NCBI GenBank assembly: GCA_946488855.1 | Contig: CAMLWC010000003.1 | Coordinates: 3,349-67,348 of the forward strand | Length of the DNA: 64,000 bases | Direction of reading: 5' to 3' | DNA from: an uncultured Mycoplasmatota bacterium | GTDB taxonomy: Bacteria; Bacillota_I; Bacilli_A; RF39; UBA660 | Shown: positions 49,948 through 58,697 of the stretch, one piece after another | Position numbering within the stretch: position 1 is the first letter of the stretch | How the letters are laid out: each line of letters begins with the position of its first letter | Translations under genes and position numbers: made by a program | Notes under the pieces: generated by a model | Told to the model about the DNA's origin: nothing | The model's input: only the letters and a program-made list of their open reading frames with translations | Databases searched by the model: none

Positions 49948-52416
49948 TTATTCACCTTTACCTAATATATAAACATATCCATTAAATGTATACCCAGTAT
50001 TATAGCTTTGTAATTGATCAAATGTTTTTGTTGTAGTATTAATTACTACATTCCCCCAAGTTGAAGAACCATTTGCTCCAGCAGCATTCCAACCTTCTGA
50101 CATTACGACCGTTTTGTTTTCATAATCAACACTTTCAATTATTGCAACATGTCCATAATTATGTCTTGCACCAGCACTTTCACTACTAGACCATGAAATT
50201 ATAGCACCTGGCATAGGCATATTTCTATCAGTACTTTTTTCAAAAATTTCTAAAGATGAATAATCAAACCATCCTTCTCCATTAGCACTAACCGACAATA
50301 TAGCATTTAATGCAATTGCTTTTGTCATATCATCCATATTCGATGACAATATTAATTCTAATGCTCTTGATTTAGCATACCAAACACATTGTCCTAAATT
50401 ACTTGCATTACTATTATATATTTTTGATAAATCAAATTGTTGTCCACCAATTGTTACAATTCCCAAAGACGCATAATACTCTGATCTTTCTTTTAACTCA
50501 GCAATACTAGAAGGTGGTTTTGAGGAACTTGCATATCCACCATAAACAGTATTCATTCCAACAATTTCGACACCATCTGAATAAAAGAATTTCAATATTT
50601 CATCATATGTTGAACCATTATTAGCCATTTCATATGATGCTACTTGACTCATACCACGACCATGTCCACCTGCAATCATATGATAATATTCAGGACTTAA
50701 ATAAACTTTATGTGTTTCCATAGTTGGCTTTTTTGAATATATTACATATCTTTTTCCATTTTCTTCACCATAAGTACAATTGCTATCACCATAACAATAT
50801 GAATCATATTCAGAAGAAAATATTTCATCATTATACACTAAAACCATACCAGAAGTTTCTTCAGTTGCTTGACGTGCAAAATCTTTTATATTTTCATTAA
50901 ATACTTGATCACTTTGGCTACTTTCAATAGCAACTGTACAATTTTTGGTTCTGCTTAAAGTGTAAGTTCTAACAGCAATTGCTTGAGCCTTATATGCTTC
51001 CATATTTTGTCCACCCCAAGCTTCACCACTTACAACTCCCGCGACATATTCCTCTAAATCATATGTGCCTTTAACGCTTCCGTCTTGATTTAAAACTGTA
51101 ACACCAGAACAATAAGCATAAACTTTTCCAAATTTCTTTTGATCAGTAAAGTTTTCATAAAATGATACTCTTAAAAAAATTTCTTCAACAGCTCGATCTA
51201 TTTTTCCTTGAGTTTCATCATTTTTTTTATTTTCATAATAAAATTTTTGAATAAATTCATCTTCTAAATATTCTCTATATCGTTCTATATCTAATTTATA
51301 TTTTTCTGAGTAATCTATTAATACTTCTCCAGTTTCTTCATCAATTACATCATCAGGACAAGAATAACTAATGTCTTTATAATTTTTATGATCACTTCCT
51401 TGGCACATATGTTTTCCATTAGGTGCTTCATATTCATCTCCATCTTTATAGCAACAATAACTAACCATTTTTGTTGCTAATAGATCAACTTTTTTTTCAC
51501 TTTTTTTAAAATCAACATAATTTGATGGTAAAAGATCTTCTAAACTTGTAGCCTCACCATCAGTTCCTTCTGTTGTAGAAAAAGGATCAGAATATGTAAG
51601 AGTAGCTGTTATTAAATTAGTGTTTAAAGTAACAAAATATGGATCTTTCTTATATTCTCCATAAACTTCATCTATTTTTTCATAAAAGTCATTTTGCTCT
51701 TTTTCTTCACATTCTGAATCAGTACACCAACCTCTAAAAGTTAATAAATTACCTAATTTCTCACCAAAAGTAGTTAATGTTCCAGAAATATTGCCGATTA
51801 TTTCATTAATAAAGAATAATGGTGATATAATAAGACAAATTATTGCTAGAATAATTATTGCAGTTAAACAGCCATTAATACTAACTATACCAGCAGTAAA
51901 AAATGTTATAATTTTCTTGGCTATATCGGCACTAAATTCTCCTTCTCCATCAACATTTTCTTCTTTTTCTTTATTTTTTCCAAAAAAATTAAACAAAGAT
52001 GGTTTCTTTAAAGGATTATTTATTTGTTTAGATGTTTCATTTAAAGCTTTTTTGCCCAATTCTGTTTTAGAAAATTGTTCAACCGCTATTCCTCCAACAG
52101 GTCCAACTGCAGCATCAGCTGCTTTCTTAGCACCTTCCTTAACAATTTGTTGTTTAGCCTGATTAATTTTATTTTCTCTATTTAAATTTTGCGGATTATT
52201 GTTTAAATTTTTACCTCTATTTAATTGATTATTAGGATGAAATTTTTGTTTTTGAAATTCATTATTATTTAAAGATTTATTATTTTCAATATTAGGAAAA
52301 GAAGAATTTAAACTTGGTATTTTTTGATTATTATTTTCATTTATTAGTGGTTCTTTTGGTGATGCTGAAAAATTTCCTTTTTGAGGAAATTTTTCTTTAT
52401 TTTCTTTATTGTTCAT
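49948..52416 (-). CDS. Membrane-anchored cell-wall hydrolase: SpoIID/LytB-like domain + C-terminal CHAP domain
   Basis: An N/Q/K-rich N-terminus is followed by TM segment FTAGIVSINGCLTAIIILAIICLIISPLFFI. The SpoIID-like core is YVAGVVSGEAWGGQNMEAYKAQAIAVRTYTL. The CHAP-like Cys is in GQCVWYAKSRA and the His in HNYGHVAIIESV. Confidence 0.75.
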   Translation of the reverse strand: MNNKENKEKFPQKGNFSASPKEPLINENNNQKIPSLNSSFPNIENNKSLNNNEFQKQKFHPNNQLNRGKNLNNNPQNLNRENKINQAKQQIVKEGAKKAADAAVGPVGGIAVEQFSKTELGKKALNETSKQINNPLKKPSLFNFFGKNKEKEENVDGEGEFSADIAKKIITFFTAGIVSINGCLTAIIILAIICLIISPLFFINEIIGNISGTLTTFGEKLGNLLTFRGWCTDSECEEKEQNDFYEKIDEVYGEYKKDPYFVTLNTNLITATLTYSDPFSTTEGTDGEATSLEDLLPSNYVDFKKSEKKVDLLATKMVSYCCYKDGDEYEAPNGKHMCQGSDHKNYKDISYSCPDDVIDEETGEVLIDYSEKYKLDIERYREYLEDEFIQKFYYENKKNDETQGKIDRAVEEIFLRVSFYENFTDQKKFGKVYAYCSGVTVLNQDGSVKGTYDLEEYVAGVVSGEAWGGQNMEAYKAQAIAVRTYTLSRTKNCTVAIESSQSDQVFNENIKDFARQATEETSGMVLVYNDEIFSSEYDSYCYGDSNCTYGEENGKRYVIYSKKPTMETHKVYLSPEYYHMIAGGHGRGMSQVASYEMANNGSTYDEILKFFYSDGVEIVGMNTVYGGYASSSKPPSSIAELKERSEYYASLGIVTIGGQQFDLSKIYNSNASNLGQCVWYAKSRALELILSSNMDDMTKAIALNAILSVSANGEGWFDYSSLEIFEKSTDRNMPMPGAIISWSSSESAGARHNYGHVAIIESVDYENKTVVMSEGWNAAGANGSSTWGNVVINTTTKTFDQLQSYNTGYTFNGYVYILGKGE

Positions 52417-52436
52417 AAACATCACCACCGCTTATT

Positions 52437-54221
52437 TTATAATCCGCCACCGCTTCCAAAAGAATCCAATTCTTGTTCAGTAGCAATAATATTTATTCTC
52501 ATACGTCTACTTCCACACACAAATAAAGCTTCACCTTGATTATATTTTTTAATACTTTCTTTTTCATTATCATTTAAATCAATTAATTTTGATAAATCTT
52601 CAACTGCTTGTTTTTTCAATCCCATAACCAAATAATATGAAGCGTTATCAAAAATTGCTTTTCCTTGAGTTATAACAGAAGGATCACTAAAATCAGAAGG
52701 TTGTTGAGTTATTATGATAGTACCAGTATTATATTTTCTAGCACGTCTTTGAATTTGACCTAAGAAATCAGCTCCTAAAACATTACTTCCAGAAATTAAC
52801 ACATGAGCTTCATCAACAGTTAAAACAGTATTAATACTTGAATCTAAAGTTAAACTCCAAGCATATTTCAATATATTGAAAAATAAAGCATTTCTGATAT
52901 TTTTATCACTATTCATTAATTCTTTAATATTAAAAACTATAAAATTGCTTTGAGGTTTAATAGTTGTATGACCATCAAAGTAATATCTTAATTCTTTAAT
53001 TAAAGGTCTAATTTTCAACTCTAATTTCTCTAAAATATCCTTTTCATGAGTTTTTTCAGGAATTGATAATAATTTTCCTCTAATTGTTGCATAAACATCT
53101 TTAAAGGTTGGATAATCTTCAGAAGTTAATTTAGAAAAATCAGTAGTAAAATCAATACCAAATCTTCTATAAGTATCTTGTACTATTTCACTAAATAAAT
53201 TAATTACATCTTCTTCAGTACTAGGGTCATAATATTTAATAAAAGCTTTAATAGATTGTAAAGTTCTTGTCAACACAGTGTAACCTAATCCTTGCTTAAT
53301 TTCATCTTCATCGGCATCCATAATTATTTCAAGTGGATTTACCATTCCAAATTCTCCACCTTTACCTAAATCAATGAAATCGCCACCATACAATCTAGCC
53401 ATATCTTCGAATTCACCTTCAGGATCAATAATTACTAATTGAATATCATTTCTAATATGAGTTCTAATTAATAATTTTGCTGCTGTAGATTTACCTGAAC
53501 CAGAAGTACCTAAAATAATTACATTAGCATTATTTCTGTTATGTTCCTTCTTAATTTGATATAAAAATTGATTAAATAAAATAACTCCTCCAGAAAAATC
53601 AACACCTAATAAACAAGATAACCCAGGATCTTTTATACTATCAAATATAAAAGGAAACATAGCTGCTATAGTTGGAGCAGGTATAGGGGTTCCTATTCTG
53701 CTTTCAATTGGTTGATTAGGATAAATTGGTAAAATAGATTTTAAAACTTTTTCTTGTTCAAATCGTAATGGAAAAGCTTTCATTTCCATTGCTTCTAAAT
53801 AACTTTTTACCTGCATTTTTTTTGAAATTAATTCTTCTTCTGAATCTGCAGTAATCATAACATGCATTTGAAAATCAAATATTTTTGATTGTGTACTAGC
53901 TAATTGTGAAATAAAATATTCCAATGATTCATAATCTTGCCTAATTCTTTCTTGAATAGTTTTATCATTTTCTTCTTGATATCTTGTTTTTAAATCTGCA
54001 ATTTCTTTATTTAACATTCTTTGTATTACACTAAATGGAAGAGGTATATGCTTAATTACAACTTTAACTCCAGACATACTTGTTAAATTTGCTAAATAGC
54101 CAGGAGAAATAAATTTTGGATACGAAATTACCGTTAAAATAGTTGCATATTTATCACTAATTACAAAATCACTTGATCTAAACTCCAATCCTTTTGGAGC
54201 AATTTGACTCTTTATATCCAT
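52437..54221 (-). CDS. VirB4/TraE/TrsE-type T4SS ATPase
   Basis: IAPKGLEFRSSDFVISDKYATILTVISYP N-region typical of Gram-positive VirB4 homologs, Walker A GTSGSGKSTAAK and Walker B LTVDEAHVL. Confidence 0.85.
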   Translation of the reverse strand: MDIKSQIAPKGLEFRSSDFVISDKYATILTVISYPKFISPGYLANLTSMSGVKVVIKHIPLPFSVIQRMLNKEIADLKTRYQEENDKTIQERIRQDYESLEYFISQLASTQSKIFDFQMHVMITADSEEELISKKMQVKSYLEAMEMKAFPLRFEQEKVLKSILPIYPNQPIESRIGTPIPAPTIAAMFPFIFDSIKDPGLSCLLGVDFSGGVILFNQFLYQIKKEHNRNNANVIILGTSGSGKSTAAKLLIRTHIRNDIQLVIIDPEGEFEDMARLYGGDFIDLGKGGEFGMVNPLEIIMDADEDEIKQGLGYTVLTRTLQSIKAFIKYYDPSTEEDVINLFSEIVQDTYRRFGIDFTTDFSKLTSEDYPTFKDVYATIRGKLLSIPEKTHEKDILEKLELKIRPLIKELRYYFDGHTTIKPQSNFIVFNIKELMNSDKNIRNALFFNILKYAWSLTLDSSINTVLTVDEAHVLISGSNVLGADFLGQIQRRARKYNTGTIIITQQPSDFSDPSVITQGKAIFDNASYYLVMGLKKQAVEDLSKLIDLNDNEKESIKKYNQGEALFVCGSRRMRINIIATEQELDSFGSGGGL

Positions 54222-54766
54222 TATCCTAACACCGTCCCAAAAGTAGTAGTAGTACCACCATTTAAAAAGTTATCCAAAATCATTCTTAAATCATCATTTG
54301 TCGTTTGATAAGCAACTAATCCAGCACCTGCTAAAGTATTAATCAAAGTTCTAATTCTTTTTTGAATTAAATCATCTTTCTTTTCCCTAAAAAGTAAAAA
54401 GTATTCTGTATCAACTATATTATTATTCATAAACATATTGCCTTTATTAATATCTTCCATGATCAATTTTCTCTTAACAGGATTACTTATATTATTATAT
54501 AAAAGTTCTAATTGAGATAAATAAACATTAATATCTACTGGTCTATCAGCTGCTATAATCCAAAATTCATAATCAATTGTATTATAAACAGTTCTTAAAT
54601 TAGCTATAATACTATCTTGAGTTAATTGATCCAAAATGAAAATATTTCTTGGCATTATTTTAACTCCAGTTACTTTTAAACCATTATCTAAAATAATATA
54701 ACCATTTTTAATTTCTTTTACAGGTATATCATCATTTGTATATCTATTTCTTTTTTTCTTCGCCAT
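54221..54766 (-). CDS. T4SS protein resembling the extra N-terminal module of Tn916 Orf16-type VirB4 proteins
   Basis: Start at the ATG (MAKKKRNRYTNDDIPVKEIKNGYIILDNG..VKIMPRNIFILDQ). Its stop overlaps the VirB4 start by one base (TAATG at 54223-54219). Confidence 0.5.
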   Translation of the reverse strand: MAKKKRNRYTNDDIPVKEIKNGYIILDNGLKVTGVKIMPRNIFILDQLTQDSIIANLRTVYNTIDYEFWIIAADRPVDINVYLSQLELLYNNISNPVKRKLIMEDINKGNMFMNNNIVDTEYFLLFREKKDDLIQKRIRTLINTLAGAGLVAYQTTNDDLRMILDNFLNGGTTTTFGTVLG

Positions 54767-55061
54767 GTGGAACACACCAACCTTTCCATTTAAATTTTCT
54801 TTGATTTGTATAAAATTCAATAGCTGAACCTATCAATGTTCTCATATTATAATAGTTAGGAACCGGCATCACTAAGAAACCTGTAATTAATGCCGGAAGT
54901 AAAGCTATTATAGATACTGCAAATTCTTCAAGTGGTAATATCATTAATAATAACAATGTCAATCCTACACCACAACCAAATAATATCAAATCAAATTTAG
55001 TAAACAAACCTAATATTAACATTGATTTTTTTGCATTTGCTGGTATCAAAAAATTATTCAT
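54744..55061 (-). CDS. PrgI/VirB3-like small two-TM T4SS protein
   Basis: 105 aa. IPANAKKSMLILGLFTKFDLILFGCGVGLTLLLL followed by a second TM segment, which matches the layout of PrgI-family proteins that precede VirB4. Confidence 0.6.
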   Translation of the reverse strand: MNNFLIPANAKKSMLILGLFTKFDLILFGCGVGLTLLLLMILPLEEFAVSIIALLPALITGFLVMPVPNYYNMRTLIGSAIEFYTNQRKFKWKGWCVPHGEEKKK

Positions 55062-55078
55062 CTAATATCACACCCTTT

Positions 55079-56917
55079 TTAATTATTATTTCTTCTTTGT
55101 TGTTTTTCTCTACTAGTGTTTGGATTTGGTTGACCAGGCACTGGATCACCACGTCCATTTGGACCATGAGTTGGTGGAATAGGTGATGGTTGTGTTGAAT
55201 TTCTATTTGCATTTTCATTTAAAATGTTCTTAGCTGTAGCAATGGCCTCATCAACATCTTTTTTAGGTGAATCATCAATATTATATAATCTCTTAATATC
55301 TTTAATTTGATCGTCAAGAGCACTAATATTTTTAGTGTATTTACCATATAATTCTCGATTATCTTTAATTTCTGTATTTAATTTTAATTTTTCTTCTTCT
55401 GTTGTTGCTTTAGTTAATTGATCATATAATGTTTGAAGGCGCGCATCAAGTTTAGCTTGTTCTCCTTGTAAAGCATATTTATATTGCTTTAATCCAGGAC
55501 TTTCTTTAGTTCCAATTTCTTTTTCACCAGCTGATTTTCCAAAATCTTTCCAAATACTATATTGTGTAAAATCTTTACCTGTTATTGTCTTATAACCTGC
55601 TTGCATACCTGTATGTAACGCACGAGGACTCTTTCCTTTATCGTCACCCATTAATGGAACTTTTCCTCTTATTTCTCTTCCGGCGCCCATCATACCTTGC
55701 CACAATCCTCTACCAGCATGTCCAGCTTCTACACCAGCTTTATATCCAGTATAAGCTCCCCCTGCTAAAGCTGCTGCTGTTGTAACACCTGCACCAACTA
55801 ATGGAGTTTGTCTCAATTTACTCATTGGATTAAGAGTAAATTTACCATCCATCTTAATACCAGTAATTTCTTCAATTAATTTAGGCAATTGTTTTGCAAA
55901 CAGCAATGCACCTAAAATTATAAACACTTTAACAAATGCATTAACATCAGCAGTTTGTCCAGTTACCATATCTTCAAATTGTAAATCAATAATTTGAGTT
56001 ACAACAAAAACTGCAAAATAAATTCCCATCAATCTTATAAATAAATCTAAATATGTATTAACACATGTTTTAACCCATTTATCAAACATATCTTTTCCTT
56101 TTTTAGGATCAATTCTAGAAATTATTGGTACTGGTGCTAACATTCTTAAAAATCCAATTTTTACACTTCTAACAGCTATATCAAAACAAAAAACAATTAA
56201 TAATAATACTATTGCTCCACCTGCTAAAGTAGAAATTATTGGAATATAATACATAACATAGTTATCATCTTGGCCTTTCAAAAATAGCAAATCATAATCC
56301 ATATAAACACTAGTGCTATTTGAATTATAAGCATTATTTAAAATAGTTTCTAAATTATTCCACTCATCATCCTTCAATCCTAAAGAATTTTCACAATTAG
56401 ATGCATTTTCAAAAGGTGAATCTTCTCCACTTGCACATTCAGGGTATAAATTAGTATCTATGTGATAAAAAGCTTTAAGTGTTTCATAAGCCATAACATT
56501 ACCTGCATCATCAGTTACATTTTCATTTAATCCATTCACAGAAAAAAATTTACCAATTATATTATCATTTAAAATAATTCTTTGAATATCCATTGCTTGA
56601 TTAAAAATCCAAGGAACAAATAATAATAAAGCTAAAGTAACTAAAATATTACTAATTAATTTGCTAAAGCCTTTACTTTTATCTAAAAAAGAATCTGGAT
56701 CAACTATGTATGTAAAAATAGAAAAAGACACTTTAAACAACATAAAAATACCTAAAAGGGCATATACTCGACTAGCAAACAATTCAAAAACATCACTAGT
56801 AAATATAGAAGTTTGTGCTATATCAGTTAATAAATTATAAACAGTTGATATGAAAGTATATATAACTTTATCAAGCCAAAATGATAAAAACCTTGCAATC
56901 CATTCTACCCATTCCAT
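55079..56917 (-). CDS. VirB6/TrbL-like polytopic T4SS membrane protein with coiled-coil and Pro/Gly-rich C-terminal tail
   Basis: Start at MEWVEWIARF after a GGGAG RBS. About 6 or more TM segments, then a soluble G/A-rich region, a coiled coil (LQGEQAKLDARLQTLYDQL) and the tail PSPIPPTHGPNGRGDPVPGQPNPN. Confidence 0.55.
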   Translation of the reverse strand: MEWVEWIARFLSFWLDKVIYTFISTVYNLLTDIAQTSIFTSDVFELFASRVYALLGIFMLFKVSFSIFTYIVDPDSFLDKSKGFSKLISNILVTLALLLFVPWIFNQAMDIQRIILNDNIIGKFFSVNGLNENVTDDAGNVMAYETLKAFYHIDTNLYPECASGEDSPFENASNCENSLGLKDDEWNNLETILNNAYNSNSTSVYMDYDLLFLKGQDDNYVMYYIPIISTLAGGAIVLLLIVFCFDIAVRSVKIGFLRMLAPVPIISRIDPKKGKDMFDKWVKTCVNTYLDLFIRLMGIYFAVFVVTQIIDLQFEDMVTGQTADVNAFVKVFIILGALLFAKQLPKLIEEITGIKMDGKFTLNPMSKLRQTPLVGAGVTTAAALAGGAYTGYKAGVEAGHAGRGLWQGMMGAGREIRGKVPLMGDDKGKSPRALHTGMQAGYKTITGKDFTQYSIWKDFGKSAGEKEIGTKESPGLKQYKYALQGEQAKLDARLQTLYDQLTKATTEEEKLKLNTEIKDNRELYGKYTKNISALDDQIKDIKRLYNIDDSPKKDVDEAIATAKNILNENANRNSTQPSPIPPTHGPNGRGDPVPGQPNPNTSREKQQRRNNN

Positions 56918-56965
56918 ACAATCTCCCACTCTCTAATAAAGTTTACATTCATAAATAATTATATC

Positions 56966-57004
56966 ATAAAAAAAAAAGATAATAAATAGTTTTAATTATC
57001 TTTT
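56966..57004 (-). terminator. Rho-independent terminator downstream of the beta-helix membrane protein gene
   Basis: AAAAGATAAT (56974-56983) pairs with ATTATCTTTT (56995-57004) across an 11-nt loop, and a run of T follows on the minus strand. Confidence 0.6.
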
Positions 57005-57035
57005 TTAAATTGTTTAATTATCTTTTTTAAATTGT
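56992..57035. repeat. Perfect 22-bp tandem duplication spanning the gene's 3' end and a terminator arm
   Basis: TTAATTATCTTTTTTAAATTGT occurs at 56992-57013 and again at 57014-57035. Confidence 0.9.
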
Positions 57036-58057
57036 TGTAATATTATTCCCATACCAATCATGACACTTATTACACTAAATAAAGTTCCTATATATGGTAT
57101 AATCGTTAAAATACTAATAACACTTATACCAATTAAACCTATTAAATAAATATTTTCATCTTTTTTAATAAAATTTTTCCAAATTAAGTTTCCTAATAAA
57201 TATGAAGTAAATATATTGGATAACCAAATTGCTAGAATATATAAAATCAATAATAAAATAGAAAGTGGTAAACAAAAAGTTAAAGTTAATAACATAATAA
57301 ATATAACAGGTATTAAAATAATAGATAAAGTACCAAATCCAAATAATGAGAATGCATTTAAAACTGTAATATTTTCATTTTTCTTTTGAATTCTTTTAAA
57401 TAATTGTGGAACTATCAATACAAAAGCTAAAAATATAACTAAATTTCCACCATAATTAACAATAAAATTCCATATTTTATCTTGAAATGAAACTTCTTTA
57501 GTTAATTTTTCAGTTGTTTTAGTTTCATTAACATTTCCGTTTATTGATATCGCAGCATCTTCATTATAAGATAGTGTCCCACTAACATTACCATCTACTT
57601 TTATTTCATTAGCTTTAATATTAACATTTCCTAATACTTCACCATTAACAGAAACATTCATAGCATAAATTGTTATATCTCTGTTTATCTTTCCATTTAT
57701 AGTTACATCACTACCAAAAACAACTAAATCACGATCAACATTTACATTTTCATCAAACTTAATTACATTACCAAAAATAAAACCGTCGTTATTAATAGTA
57801 CCTTTAACATTTACATTGTTACCAAATAAAAATGCATAATCACTTTTTCCATTAAATGTAACATTATTTCCAAACATCATATCAATGCCTTCAACAATAT
57901 TATTTGAATTTACATTATTTCCAAAAATAACAGAACTACCAACAACTTCTTTTGTGTCATCTACATCTTCATCTGCTATAAAATTTAAGCCATCCGCTCT
58001 TATAATCATAGGAAGAGTTAATAGACACACTATCAAAAAAATTAATTTCTTCATCAT
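57014..58057 (-). CDS. Exported beta-helix-repeat (bactofilin/polymer-forming-like) protein with C-terminal polytopic membrane domain
   Basis: Start moved to MMKKLIFLIVCLLTLPMIIRADG (signal peptide). Repeats follow of the form FGNNVNxxG / VFGSDVTINGKI / VSVNGEVLGNVNI, then 5-6 TM segments. Confidence 0.55.
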   Translation of the reverse strand: MMKKLIFLIVCLLTLPMIIRADGLNFIADEDVDDTKEVVGSSVIFGNNVNSNNIVEGIDMMFGNNVTFNGKSDYAFLFGNNVNVKGTINNDGFIFGNVIKFDENVNVDRDLVVFGSDVTINGKINRDITIYAMNVSVNGEVLGNVNIKANEIKVDGNVSGTLSYNEDAAISINGNVNETKTTEKLTKEVSFQDKIWNFIVNYGGNLVIFLAFVLIVPQLFKRIQKKNENITVLNAFSLFGFGTLSIILIPVIFIMLLTLTFCLPLSILLLILYILAIWLSNIFTSYLLGNLIWKNFIKKDENIYLIGLIGISVISILTIIPYIGTLFSVISVMIGMGIILQQFKKDN

Positions 58058-58148
58058 ATCACCATTAACATAATACCATTTTATGCTGAAAAAGTCAAAA
58101 ATAATAGTAAAAAATTTAAAAAATTGGTATAATATAAATGGTGATGAT

Positions 58149-58676
58149 ATGGAATTGTTTCTTTTATGTATTAAAATTTTTTTTGTAAGAATATTAGATG
58201 TTTCAATGGGAACATTAAGAACTGTTGTAACAGTTAAAGGAAAAGCTTTATATGCTAGTATGATAGGTTTTTTTGAAATGTTTATTTGGTTTTCGATTGT
58301 CAAAGAAGCCTTAAATACTAATGAAACAAGTATTTGGATTGCTGTAGCTTATTCTTTAGGATTTGCAACAGGAACTTTTATTGGAAGTGTTTTATCAAAA
58401 AAATTTATATCAGGTAATTTAAGTGTTCAAATAATTACCGATAAAGCATATCCAGACATGGTTAATACTTTAAGAAATGAAGGATATGGTGTTACAGTAA
58501 TGGATGTAGAAGGAAAAAATAAAGATCAAGAAAAATATATGTTATTTATTGAAATTAATAATAAAAGTCTCAATCACTTACAACATTTAGTGAAGAAAAT
58601 GGACACTAATGCATTTATCGTAGTAAATGAAACAAAATATGTACAAAATGGATTTATTGATATTGTAAAAAAATAA
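58149..58676 (+). CDS. UPF0316/DUF2179-family membrane protein (YebE-like)
   Basis: Start at MELFLLCIKIFFVRILDVSMGTLRT after a GGTGA RBS. It is collinear with the Bacillus UPF0316 protein, with a C-terminal GYGVTVMDVEGKN domain. Confidence 0.7.
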   Translation: MELFLLCIKIFFVRILDVSMGTLRTVVTVKGKALYASMIGFFEMFIWFSIVKEALNTNETSIWIAVAYSLGFATGTFIGSVLSKKFISGNLSVQIITDKAYPDMVNTLRNEGYGVTVMDVEGKNKDQEKYMLFIEINNKSLNHLQHLVKKMDTNAFIVVNETKYVQNGFIDIVKK

Positions 58677-58697
58677 CTTCGATTTAAAATCGAAGTT
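58675..58697. terminator. Bidirectional hairpin terminator between convergent genes
   Basis: AACTTCGATT (58675-58684) pairs with AATCGAAGTT (58688-58697), flanked by A-run and T-run sequences. Confidence 0.65.

Larger units (their letters stand above)
47054..56917 (-). other. Gram-positive type IV secretion (MPF FATA/FA-like) gene cluster, seven co-directional genes
   Basis: Contiguous genes for a VirB6-like protein, a PrgI-like protein, a 182-aa protein, VirB4, a SpoIID+CHAP hydrolase, a lipoprotein and VirD4. Gaps or overlaps are at most 43 nt. An upstream terminator (56966-57004) and an extended -10 box (TGaTATAAT, 56963-56958) precede the cluster. Confidence 0.75.

Noticed and set aside
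52437-54766. VirB4 split as a frameshifted pseudogene
   Set aside because: Both ORFs are intact with no internal stops and they join by a clean TAATG one-base overlap typical of coupled genes. The downstream ORF alone has the length of TrsE/TraE-type VirB4 proteins.
58058-58303. 82-aa N-terminal extension of the beta-helix membrane protein given by the ORF track
   Set aside because: The extension precedes a canonical signal peptide (MMKKLIFLIVCLLTLPMIIRADG) that has its own GGTGA RBS. It would also run into the divergent promoter and 5' region of the + strand UPF0316 gene.
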